This document shows, piece by piece, positions 1 through 7,188 of a DNA stretch of 28,969 nt. The notes under the pieces are model-generated. The model was not told the DNA's origin and did no database searches. It was given only the letters and a program-made list of their open reading frames with translations. The stretch covers positions 1 to 28,969 of the forward strand of contig CAYUFW010000069.1 in assembly GCA_964443915.1 (NCBI GenBank), given 5' to 3'. Every line of letters begins with the position of its first letter. Within the stretch, counting starts at the first letter, position 1. Made by a program: the position numbers and the translations under genes. The stretch is from an uncultured Pirellulaceae bacterium (GTDB lineage Bacteria > Planctomycetota > Planctomycetia > Pirellulales > Pirellulaceae).

Positions 1-25
1 TTGACAAAACCCACGCGATCATAGA

Positions 26-116
26 AGGCCGGAACAAGTCCGCGCAGTTCCGGCGAGAATTTCTGCGGTTTACGGGCGGATGGCCGTGCCGGAACTGCGC
101 GGACTTGTTCCGGCCT
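26..116. repeat. 29-bp perfect inverted repeat (arms 26-54 and 88-116) with a 33-nt spacer; function unknown
   Basis: Read directly: aggccggaacaagtccgcgcagttccggc (26-54) is the exact reverse complement of gccggaactgcgcggacttgttccggcct (88-116). It is non-coding and lies about 270 nt beyond the 3' end of the minus-strand ligase gene. Confidence 0.9.
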
Positions 117-321
117 ACGTGTCGCCCTCCCAAATCACGGAAGTCACGGACCGGAAACGGCGCCAGGCGAAGTTCAATACAGTTCGTACACGTGCTCGCT
201 TCCATCCATTCTACGAGCCGCAGACGGAGGATGGAAGCACGACGCATCGCCGCCAGGCTCCTGCCAAGAACCGGCTGCCCGGTGCCGCCAGTAGCGGTGC
301 ATCCGTTTCCAAGTACATATA

Positions 322-364
322 GGACGGAATGCCATTCCGTCCCGGACGGTTCGGCAAACCGTCC
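322..364 (-). terminator. Two tandem GC-rich hairpins with the same GGACGG/CCGTCC stem; possible terminator or REP-like element after the ligase gene
   Basis: ggacggaat-gcc-attccgtcc (322-342) and ggacggtt-cggca-aaccgtcc (344-364) lie 26-70 nt downstream of the minus-strand stop at 390-392. There is no U-tract, so intrinsic-terminator function is uncertain. Confidence 0.3.
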
Positions 365-389
365 TACGTGGAGACTTATGACGGCGGAC

Positions 390-2531
390 TCACGATGGCC
401 GCCGCAGCATCACCCGGCTGTCGGCCACCGAGCAGCCTTGGCCTTGGGCGTGGACGATCAGCGGGTTGATGTCCAGCTCCGAGATCTCCGGATGATTGCA
501 GACCATCTCGGACAGTCGCAGCAGCGTGTCTACAATCGCCCCGATGTCCGCCGGCGGGCTGCCGCGGAAGCCGTCCAGGACCTGGAACGAGCGGATCTGG
601 CGGACCATGCGTTCGGCCGAGATCTTCCACATCGGCGCCAGGCGGAAGGACACGTCCTTGAGGACCTCGACCAGCGTGCCGCCCAGGCCGAACATCATCA
701 GCGGTCCGAAGCGGCCGTCGCGGCTGGCCCCCAGGATCACCTCCACGCCCTTGCGGGCCATCTCTTCGATCAGGATGCCCTGGATCTTGGCGCCCGGCAC
801 CGCGCGGGTCACGTTCTGGACGATCTTGTTGTAACCAGCCAAGGCCTCGTCCGCTCCGTGGATGTTCAGCAGCACGCCGCCTGCGTCGAACTTGTGGACC
901 ACGTCGGCCGACATCACCTTCATGACGACGGGCGTGCCGAACGACGCAGCGATCTGCGCGGCTTCGTCCGCCGTCCCGGCAATCGCGCTGCGCAACAGCG
1001 GCAGCCGGTAGCATTCCAGCAGCGGCCGGCACTCGGCCTGCGTCAGGTAGCGTTGGTCCTGGCCGTCCAGCGCCGCGACGATCAGGCTCTTGGCTTTCTC
1101 CACGTCGAGGTCGTTGAAGACGTGCATCTCGCGGCGGGGGATTTCGTGCAGGGCCACCAGACGCTCGGCCGCGGCCAGGCTGCGGATGGCGTCTTCCGGG
1201 AAGGGGTAGTTCGGGACCCCGGCCCGGCGCAGAATGGCGACGCCCGGGGCCACGTCCTTGGCGCCCATGAACGAGCAGACCACCGGCTTCTTGATGCCTT
1301 GCACCGCGTCCGGCACGACCGCCGCCGTCTCCTCGACGTCGGTCATAGACTGCGGCGTCAGAATCACCATGCCCATGTCGACGTTGTCGTCTTCCAGCAC
1401 GGTCCGCACGGCCGAGCGGTAGCGGTCCGCGCGGGCGTCTCCGATCACGTCGATGGGGTTCCGCAGCGAGGCCGTCGAGGGCAGCGACGACTTCAGCTTC
1501 TCTTGGGTCGCCGGGCTGAGTTCGGCCAGCTTCAATCCAAAGCGGACGGCCGAATCGGTGGCCATGATGCCCGGCCCGCCGGCGTTGGTGATGATCGCCA
1601 CGCGCCCGCCCCGCGGCAGGGGCTGCGTGCAGTACAGCGCCGCCGAGTCGAACAACTCGGCAATCGTGTCCACCCGCTGCACGCCGCTTTGCACCAGCAG
1701 GGCGTCGTACACCGAGTCCGAGCCGGCCAGGGAGCCCGTGTGGCTGCTGACGGCCTTGGCCCCCTCGGGCGTCCGGCCCGACTTGAGGCACAACATCGGC
1801 TTGTGCGTCTCCCAGAAGATCTTGCGCACGGTCTCGATAAACCGGCGGCCGTCGGAAATGTCCTCCAGGTACATGGCGATCACGTCCGTCGTCGGGTCGT
1901 TCGCCAGGTACTCGAGCAGGTCGATTTCGTTGACATCGGCCTTGTTGCCAAAGCTGATGAACTTGCTGAATCCCATGTGCCGTTCTTCGGCGTAATCCAA
2001 CACCGAGGTACACAGCGCACCGCTCTGCGACAGGAAGGCCAGATTGCCCGGCCCCGGCATCTTGCGGCCGAACGCGGCGTTCATGCGGACGGCCGGGTCG
2101 GTGTTGATCACGCCCAGGCAATTGGGTCCGATCAGCGGAATGCCCGCCGCCCGCACCTTCTCCTGCAGTTGCTTTTCCAGTTCGGCGCCTTTCTCCCCGA
2201 TTTCCTTGAATCCGGCCGAGATCACGACCAGCGCTTGCACCTGTTTCGCAATCGCCTGGTCCACCACATCCAGGATCCCCGCCGCAGGCACGATCACGAC
2301 CGCCAGGTCCACCGCTCCCGGCACGTTCAGCAGGTCGGGATAGCAGTGCACCCCGAGCACGTTATTGGCCTTGGGGTTGATCGGATACACGGAGCCGTGA
2401 AATTCGTTGAACAGCAGGTTGCGGAAAATGTCGTTGCCCACCGTTCCGGGCCGCGTCGAGGCCCCGACGACGGCGATCGACGATGGTTTGAAAATGGCAT
2501 TCAACTTCGAACTGGGAATGTGATCGGACAC
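390..2531 (-). CDS. Acetate-CoA ligase family protein (ADP-forming acetyl-CoA synthetase; fused CoA-binding, succinyl-CoA-synthetase-like and ATP-grasp domains)
   Basis: 713-aa product with the CoA-binding start SIAVVGAS, the SHTGSLAG histidine loop and a C-terminal ATP-grasp-like region. I place the start at GTG 2531-2529, preceded by GAGAGGAG with a 5-nt spacer. The ORF stays open to 2615, with ATG alternatives at 2588 and 2615. Confidence 0.9.
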   Translation of the reverse strand: MSDHIPSSKLNAIFKPSSIAVVGASTRPGTVGNDIFRNLLFNEFHGSVYPINPKANNVLGVHCYPDLLNVPGAVDLAVVIVPAAGILDVVDQAIAKQVQALVVISAGFKEIGEKGAELEKQLQEKVRAAGIPLIGPNCLGVINTDPAVRMNAAFGRKMPGPGNLAFLSQSGALCTSVLDYAEERHMGFSKFISFGNKADVNEIDLLEYLANDPTTDVIAMYLEDISDGRRFIETVRKIFWETHKPMLCLKSGRTPEGAKAVSSHTGSLAGSDSVYDALLVQSGVQRVDTIAELFDSAALYCTQPLPRGGRVAIITNAGGPGIMATDSAVRFGLKLAELSPATQEKLKSSLPSTASLRNPIDVIGDARADRYRSAVRTVLEDDNVDMGMVILTPQSMTDVEETAAVVPDAVQGIKKPVVCSFMGAKDVAPGVAILRRAGVPNYPFPEDAIRSLAAAERLVALHEIPRREMHVFNDLDVEKAKSLIVAALDGQDQRYLTQAECRPLLECYRLPLLRSAIAGTADEAAQIAASFGTPVVMKVMSADVVHKFDAGGVLLNIHGADEALAGYNKIVQNVTRAVPGAKIQGILIEEMARKGVEVILGASRDGRFGPLMMFGLGGTLVEVLKDVSFRLAPMWKISAERMVRQIRSFQVLDGFRGSPPADIGAIVDTLLRLSEMVCNHPEISELDINPLIVHAQGQGCSVADSRVMLRRPS

Positions 2532-2927
2532 GAAAACTCCTCTCGATTGAAGGACAATGGCGGCCTCGACGGTCAAGGCCGACGCCATTAGAAAGCAGCG
2601 TTGGATGTCGGGCACGGCAGGTTCTGCCGATGCGCCCTAGGTAGGATACTGCGGACCCCGTTCAGCAGTCGGGCAAAAACACCAATATAGCCATCGCCCC
2701 AGTTCTCCGAAAGCCCCGGTCGCCATCACATCCCGCGGAAGCCCCCGTCGGCCCTCCGTCCACTCCGCCGCCTTCGCCCCACCGGCGCCCGTCCGGTAGC
2801 GGGCCACGCCACGCAAGAGCGTGAGGGCAGGCAAATGCTGGCTTCTCCCGCTTGTCCGATGCGGCCGTGAACCGTATCATCGGCCTGATGATGGGCAGAC
2901 TGGCGACCCCGAATTCGGCGGGGGACA

Positions 2928-3128
2928 ATGGAAGAACGAGTGGTTCAACAACTGGTCGACAAGCTTCGGGAGGCGGAGCCTCTTTACCACCGGCTCGTGT
3001 TGCTGATCGGCCCGCCGGGAAGCGGAAAAACAGAATGCCTTGTGGAAGTCAGTCGGAGGCAACCGTTGCCTCTTATCAACGTCAGTCTGGAGCTATCCCG
3101 CTCGTTGCTGCCGCTGACGGAGCGGCAC
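2928..3128 (+). pseudogene. brxF: Truncated BrxF-like P-loop ATPase (BREX type-3 first gene); only the N-terminal 67 codons are retained
   Basis: ATG 2928 follows GGGGGA. MEERVVQQLVDKLREAEPLYHRLVLLIGPPGSGKT...PLINVSLELSRSLLPLTERH matches my recollection of the small BrxF P-loop family (Walker A plus the NxxLELSRxLL segment). Protein-like sequence ends at 3128; the rest of ORF 2928-3311 is antisense to the nuclease gene and reads as junk. Confidence 0.6.
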
Positions 3129-3784
3129 TACTTTGTGCGAAACCGACTGATATCCGTACATTCGACGATTCGACCAAGGGTGTTCGGAGTGAACACCTTG
3201 CCGCGAGTGGCCAGCAGCAACTTCTTCATGTCCTCGCGTCGGACGCCAAAGCCCCGTCCGCCGATACACGCAACGACCTGGAATCGAGGCTTTCCTCCGA
3301 CGGCTCCCTGAAGGCTGAGTTCCGCCAAGTGTTGGATTCGCGTCACCTTGTCGCGGGCCGTGCCGTCGTCCTCAGTGATTTTTGCTTCGATGACCACCTG
3401 GGGCGAGAACTCGTCCGGAACGATGAAGTCTGGCGTTTGGTCAAATCCCTGGATTCGTTCTGCCCGTTTCGTCTTGCGATAGCCAACGCCGTAGCGGTCC
3501 AGAACCGATTCGATCAGTGCCTCGAGGCCATGCCCAACCAAGTCGCTGACCGAATCCCGGTGACCGGCAAACGGACGACCGAGGAATCGTTCGTAGAGAA
3601 GCATTGCGTATGGAACGCCCATCGTTGAGATGTTCTCAACGGAGTGCAATCCCTCCAACGTGTCTGCTTTCTGTAGACGGTGAACGAGATGAGGTTCGAC
3701 GGTTGGGCAACCTTCCACGATCATTTCGCATGCGGTTTGCACCAGTGCCCGCACGCGCGGCCCCGTCACCTCCGTCACCCGCAA
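3128..3784 (-). CDS. PD-(D/E)xK restriction-endonuclease-like protein
   Basis: 218-aa ORF with E88/E92...P118-D119...E133-A-K135 (QTPDFIVPDEFSPQVVIEAKITEDDGTARDK), a classic PD-(D/E)xK arrangement. The start is uncertain (TTG 3784, GTG 3778 or ATG 3724). The stop TAG (3130-3128) abuts the brxF breakpoint. Confidence 0.7.
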   Translation of the reverse strand: MRVTEVTGPRVRALVQTACEMIVEGCPTVEPHLVHRLQKADTLEGLHSVENISTMGVPYAMLLYERFLGRPFAGHRDSVSDLVGHGLEALIESVLDRYGVGYRKTKRAERIQGFDQTPDFIVPDEFSPQVVIEAKITEDDGTARDKVTRIQHLAELSLQGAVGGKPRFQVVACIGGRGFGVRREDMKKLLLATRGKVFTPNTLGRIVECTDISRFRTK

Positions 3785-3940
3785 CGGCCTGAGTGGCTCC
3801 AGGCGGATCCTGCGATCGTGTCGACCTCCAGATTCGCGAAACCCGCCGTGGCTTTTTTCAACGCCTCGTAGCCAGCTTCAAACTATGAGGTCAAGGTCCG
3901 CACGTCAGTTCTTGATGGCGCGACCTCCCCATGCGGCTGA

Positions 3941-3981
3941 TGACTATAGTCAGTTGAGAGCGACGCCGCAATGGTCATATT
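3941..3981 (+). promoter_or_regulatory. C-box-like operator (12-bp palindrome TGACTATAGTCA) abutting a sigma70-like promoter for a probably leaderless controller gene
   Basis: The perfect palindrome at 3941-3952 contains GACT..AGTC half-sites, as in characterised C-protein operators. It is followed by TTGAGA (3954-3959), a 16-nt spacer and CATATT (3976-3981). ATG 3988 lies 6 nt after the -10 element, implying a leaderless mRNA. The half-site GTCAGTT recurs at 3904-3910 and 3949-3955. Confidence 0.5.
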
Positions 3982-3987
3982 GGCGAC

Positions 3988-4245
3988 ATGTCACGGACAC
4001 CACGAGTAACTGAACTTCGACAATCGCTGGGCAAGGAGCTGCGGAGGGCTCGGCAGAGTCGCGGTTTGAGTCAGGAGAAGCTGGCCGGACTCAGCGATTT
4101 GGATCGGACGTACATCGGCTTGCTGGAACGAGCTGAAAAATCGCCGACGGTGGATACGCTCCTACGCGTTGCCTTCGCTCTGGGCGAAACGCCTTCGGAG
4201 CTACTTGCACGTGCGGAAGCCGCGTGTGAAGGCCGTCAAAGATGA
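3988..4245 (+). CDS. XRE-family HTH protein, restriction-modification controller (C-protein)-like
   Basis: 85 aa. LSQEKLAGLSDLDRTYIGLLERAEKSPTVDTLLRVAFALG matches the typical C-protein/XRE HTH pattern (RTYIxxxERxxxxPS). The stop overlaps the next start (ATGA at 4242-4245). Confidence 0.85.
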   Translation: MSRTPRVTELRQSLGKELRRARQSRGLSQEKLAGLSDLDRTYIGLLERAEKSPTVDTLLRVAFALGETPSELLARAEAACEGRQR

Positions 4246-4844
4246 GTGATCTGCCCACCGGAAGAAACGGCTCGCGTCGGCAGTCGAGTAGCAGGAAGCC
4301 GCTGCCCGTCGAGACGCTACTGGAACTTGACGCGGCCCTCATCGAGGCATTCGGCGCAATCACTGCTGTGCGAAAGCGAAGTCTCGTTGCGGGTCTGATA
4401 CAATATCCGCCCTTGCCTTCTCCCTTCAGCGAGTCACTGGTCATCGCGGCCGCACCCATACTATTCGGTCCCGAATGGAGGGCGGCGTACGGTGGAACCG
4501 ATTGTGACGTCGTGCTAGAAACGAACTCGGGAATCCGGAGACGCGTCGAGGTCAAGGCGACGGGACGCCACGCGTTTCAAGAACTCAAGGAGAAGGACCT
4601 TCGGGCCGATTTCCTCGTCTGGGTCCGCTTCGGCCGACGCTACGAGATCGGCAGTGGCCCCATCCAACTCTGCGTGTTGGAGAACCCCGGACACTACATT
4701 CCGAGGCCCTGTCGTCTCGACACGGTCCGTTTCGAACGGATCGTTGGCGTCGCGGCCAACCAGCGACTTCTCAGCTTCAGCTCGCTGGCGGATCTGCTGT
4801 GCATGGCGCGCGACGGCGTGTTGGAGCACCCAGCTAACCGCTGA
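4242..4844 (+). CDS. PD-(D/E)xK nuclease-fold protein, translationally coupled to the controller gene (putative restriction endonuclease or toxin)
   Basis: 200 aa. E64...D87/D89 (GGTDCDVVLE)...E103-V-K105 (RRRVEVKATG). ATGA overlap with the HTH gene. Confidence 0.6.
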   Translation: MSDLPTGRNGSRRQSSSRKPLPVETLLELDAALIEAFGAITAVRKRSLVAGLIQYPPLPSPFSESLVIAAAPILFGPEWRAAYGGTDCDVVLETNSGIRRRVEVKATGRHAFQELKEKDLRADFLVWVRFGRRYEIGSGPIQLCVLENPGHYIPRPCRLDTVRFERIVGVAANQRLLSFSSLADLLCMARDGVLEHPANR

Positions 4845-5043
4845 CTCGCCTGCCGGGCCGTTCCTTGACCTGGACCGACACCAGATCGGGCCAGTGGTTG
4901 AGGTCAAGTCCGTCGACAAGAGAATCGCACAAAGTTCCCTTATGGAAAAGGGCGTGAAAGCGGTCCTCCAGTCGCTCGGGTTCCGCTTTGGACCTCACCG
5001 TGATCTTAAAAGTCAGTTCATACTTCTTTGTTCGCACTGGCAT
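4834..5043 (-). CDS. Small hypothetical protein (69 aa)
   Basis: ATG 5043 follows GGGGGA with a 6-nt spacer. The local GC is low (45% in line 4981-5040). The sequence is MPVRTKKYELTFKITVRSKAEPERLEDRFHALFHKG..., and I recognise no family. The 3' end overlaps the convergent gene 4242-4844 by 11 nt. Confidence 0.4.
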   Translation of the reverse strand: MPVRTKKYELTFKITVRSKAEPERLEDRFHALFHKGTLCDSLVDGLDLNHWPDLVSVQVKERPGRRVSG

Positions 5044-5118
5044 TGCCGTTCCCCCTGACATAATCGCTATCGTAGCCCACCGCACAAGCCGGAATCGGGT
5101 TGTCGAGACTTCGATCTG

Positions 5119-5424
5119 TCACGCCATCGGGTTGATGTCCGATCCGGTGACGGAGCAGCCCAGGCGATTGGCCTCCAGCATTGTGGTTCCACCGCCCATG
5201 AACGGATCGAGAACGCTGACGTGTGGAAAAGCGTTGTCGTGAAAGAATCGTTTGCTGACTGGCTCGTTGCCGAACTCGGCGAGCAAGAGAGCGCGAAAAA
5301 GCGTTCCCGGTCGGCGAGCGAACCACTTGTGAACTGCGACGATCGGACGGTAATTCTGCTGGATTTGCTTCTCGCGCAAAGCTATCCCCGCGACGAACGG
5401 GATCTCGAAATCGCGTTCTATCAT
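5119..5424 (-). pseudogene. N-terminal fragment of a DUF1156-type (PglXI-like) DNA methyltransferase, truncated just after motif I
   Basis: ATG 5424 follows AGGAAG. The DUF1156-like signature REKQIQQNYRPIVAVHKWFARRPGTLFRALLL is followed by SAM motif I, LDPFMGGGTTMLEANRLGCSVTGSDINPMA, and then a stop. There is no DPPY motif or target-recognition region downstream in any frame. Confidence 0.65.
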
Positions 5425-5920
5425 CTTGCTTCTTCCTGAAGTCGATTGGAGATGCCGAACGTCATTTCCGGGCAACATCGGGCAGCGCACCGCCCAAAGC
5501 GAGAATGCTCAGTGCTGGTATGGCGGCACGGACACGCCCATCGCGCTTCGCAAGTCACGCTGCATGCCCCAGTTCCGCTTCGGGCCACCCCACAGCACCA
5601 CAACCATCCGCTTTATCTCTGGAGCGGTTCGGATCGAACCGCCGATGTTTTCGTCTTCCCAGGTGGCGTAGTCAAGCCCGCACAATGGGCAACGAGCCAC
5701 TGTCTGGAGGGCGAGCACTCGCCTTCCAGCCGCATTATGTCGCACCCCAATTGGTCTTTTCCGACGGCACCCGCCCTTGCCGATTGTGGTAGCGAGACCG
5801 TCCCGGCATGAAACCAACGGCGACTTGTGTCGGAATTCGCGCCAAGCCCCTCAGATCTGGCCATCGCCTGCAAATCCGTGGGCTCGGAGCAAATCGTCTT
5901 GCCGCTGAACGCCCCAACAT

Positions 5921-5972
5921 GGTCACTGACCAAGCTTTCGGCCTCCAAGCCAGGTTGGTCACTGACCAAGCT
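5921..5972. repeat. Direct repeat of a 16-bp unit (GGTCACTGACCAAGCT) at 36-bp spacing; each copy contains the palindrome GGTCA-n-TGACC
   Basis: Read directly: copies at 5921-5936 and 5957-5972 are identical. They lie in the decayed, non-coding stretch between the two methylase fragments. Confidence 0.85.
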
Positions 5973-6036
5973 CCAGCTTGCATCGCCGCGTCTAGTGGCG
6001 TAAAGTATGGACGTACAGTGACTTGCGACGGGTGCA

Positions 6037-6393
6037 ATGGCGATTCCCCAAGCGGCGAAACCCCGTCGGAGGACTTGTATTCTCCGCGAGCGGGCGTTGT
6101 CGAAGGAATTCTGGGAGTACCTGCCGCCGGGCTACAAGCCGGCCGAAAAGGATTCCCCGCAGGCCGTCCTGCCCGGCTTTGAGGAGCGGGAAACCAAGAC
6201 GCCGCGGGGCCGGCGTCTAAGGGTCATCCGCCTGGAAGCCGTCCGCGCCGGCTTCAAGCACTGCTGGCAGAACCGCGACTACCGTACCATCATCGCCATC
6301 GCCCAACGCATCCCCGAAAACGTCCTCCAGGAAGACCCCAAGCTCCTGATGTGGTACGATCAAGCACTGACCAGAACGGGCCAAGAAAGCTGA
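6037..6393 (+). pseudogene. C-terminal remnant of a large defence-island DNA methyltransferase (pglXI-like tail)
   Basis: ...RAGFKHCWQNRDYRTIIAIAQRIPENVLQEDPKLLMWYDQALTRTGQES matches my recollection of the conserved C-terminal tail of DUF1156-type methylases. No catalytic domain lies upstream. The stop is 9 nt before the next gene, as expected for the original operon junction. Confidence 0.45.
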
Positions 6394-6402
6394 AAGCAGA
6401 CC

Positions 6403-7188
6403 ATGTTTGCCGACTGGAAGGAACATTACAGTCTGACGAAGGGCCGAACGGTCCTAGCGGGATGGGCGTTTGAATCCGTGTCGGCCTGCAGGGTGTATTT
6501 CGCCAATCGGGTAATGGCAAAGCTGCAGGAGGCCAATGCAGCCGCCATGCTGGAAGACTACTTGCGGGAAATGGCGGATACGGGATTCGACACGTCCGCC
6601 TTGATGGGCCAAGTCCAGGCACCTCCGGTGCCCAAGGACTGGGAGATCGGCGAATTGTTCGCCGCCGCGATGCTTGAGGACCGATTTGACGCGGCCTTTC
6701 CGTGGCCCACGGCGTGGGACAAACGCACGCCAAAAGCCAGCCTGCCGGGACCAGACATGCCGGGGTTTGAACGTACGAATCCACCACGATTCCTGTTCGG
6801 CGAGGTCAAGTCGTCGTCGCAACAGAAGACACCACCGGATGCGGCAACAAGCGGGGACGATTCACTCTGCAAGCAGATCGGGCGCCTTCTGACTTCTCCC
6901 GCACTCAGACAGCAGTTGGTCCAATGGCTGCTCATCAGAACTCAGGATGCACCGCGCTGGCGGCCGATACTTGATGAGGCAATCCAGCGTTATACGCAGG
7001 GGAACGCGCTGATCTGCGGCGTCCTGGTCCGGGGAAAAAGGCCGCCAACGGTGCGGGACCTATCGCCCGTGCAGGATGACGTAGCCGCCATCGCCAGCAG
7101 TTTCGACGTGCGACTGTTCGCGTTTTACCTCCCGTGTGAGATGGCGGATTGGATCAAGTTGCTTTATCCAGGGGAGTCGCCGAATTGA
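6403..7188 (+). CDS. PD-(D/E)xK-like nuclease-fold protein (HamA/Cap4-like arrangement), uncharacterised
   Basis: 261 aa. E84...P117-D118...E134-V-K136 (LPGPDMPGFERTNPPRFLFGEVKSSS). ATG 6403 is 9 nt after the methylase-tail stop. The 3' end overlaps the next start. Confidence 0.6.
   Translation: MFADWKEHYSLTKGRTVLAGWAFESVSACRVYFANRVMAKLQEANAAAMLEDYLREMADTGFDTSALMGQVQAPPVPKDWEIGELFAAAMLEDRFDAAFPWPTAWDKRTPKASLPGPDMPGFERTNPPRFLFGEVKSSSQQKTPPDAATSGDDSLCKQIGRLLTSPALRQQLVQWLLIRTQDAPRWRPILDEAIQRYTQGNALICGVLVRGKRPPTVRDLSPVQDDVAAIASSFDVRLFAFYLPCEMADWIKLLYPGESPN

Noticed and set aside
80-322. 80-aa plus-strand ORF in the hairpin-rich region
   Set aside because: It has no RBS, it spans the palindromic repeats, and its composition is not protein-like.
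105-2591. 828-aa plus-strand ORF opposite the acetate-CoA ligase gene
   Set aside because: It is a shadow ORF of high-GC DNA. The product is R/A/G/H/D-rich and low in complexity, with no motifs. The minus strand encodes a clearly recognisable enzyme.
2852-3628. 258-aa plus-strand ORF overlapping both brxF and the nuclease gene
   Set aside because: It has no motifs and a low-complexity N-terminus. It lies antisense to a minus-strand ORF that carries a clean PD-(D/E)xK signature, and it competes with the better-supported brxF frame.
5624-5642. Hairpin gcggttcg-gat-cgaaccgc whose reverse complement contains GGTTCGATCC, reminiscent of a tRNA T-arm or an att-site remnant
   Set aside because: The pairing gives an 8-bp stem with a 3-nt loop rather than a 5-bp stem with a 7-nt T-loop. 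No acceptor, D or anticodon arms can be built around it.
5509-5817. 102-aa minus-strand ORF with a CPLCG motif and a terminal SVPPY (a possible zinc-ribbon or methylase motif-IV remnant)
   Set aside because: I could assign no family. SVPPY lacks the hydrophobic context of a real (D/N/S)PPY motif. The N-terminal half looks non-coding. I mention it only as a possible remnant inside the decayed region, not as a feature.
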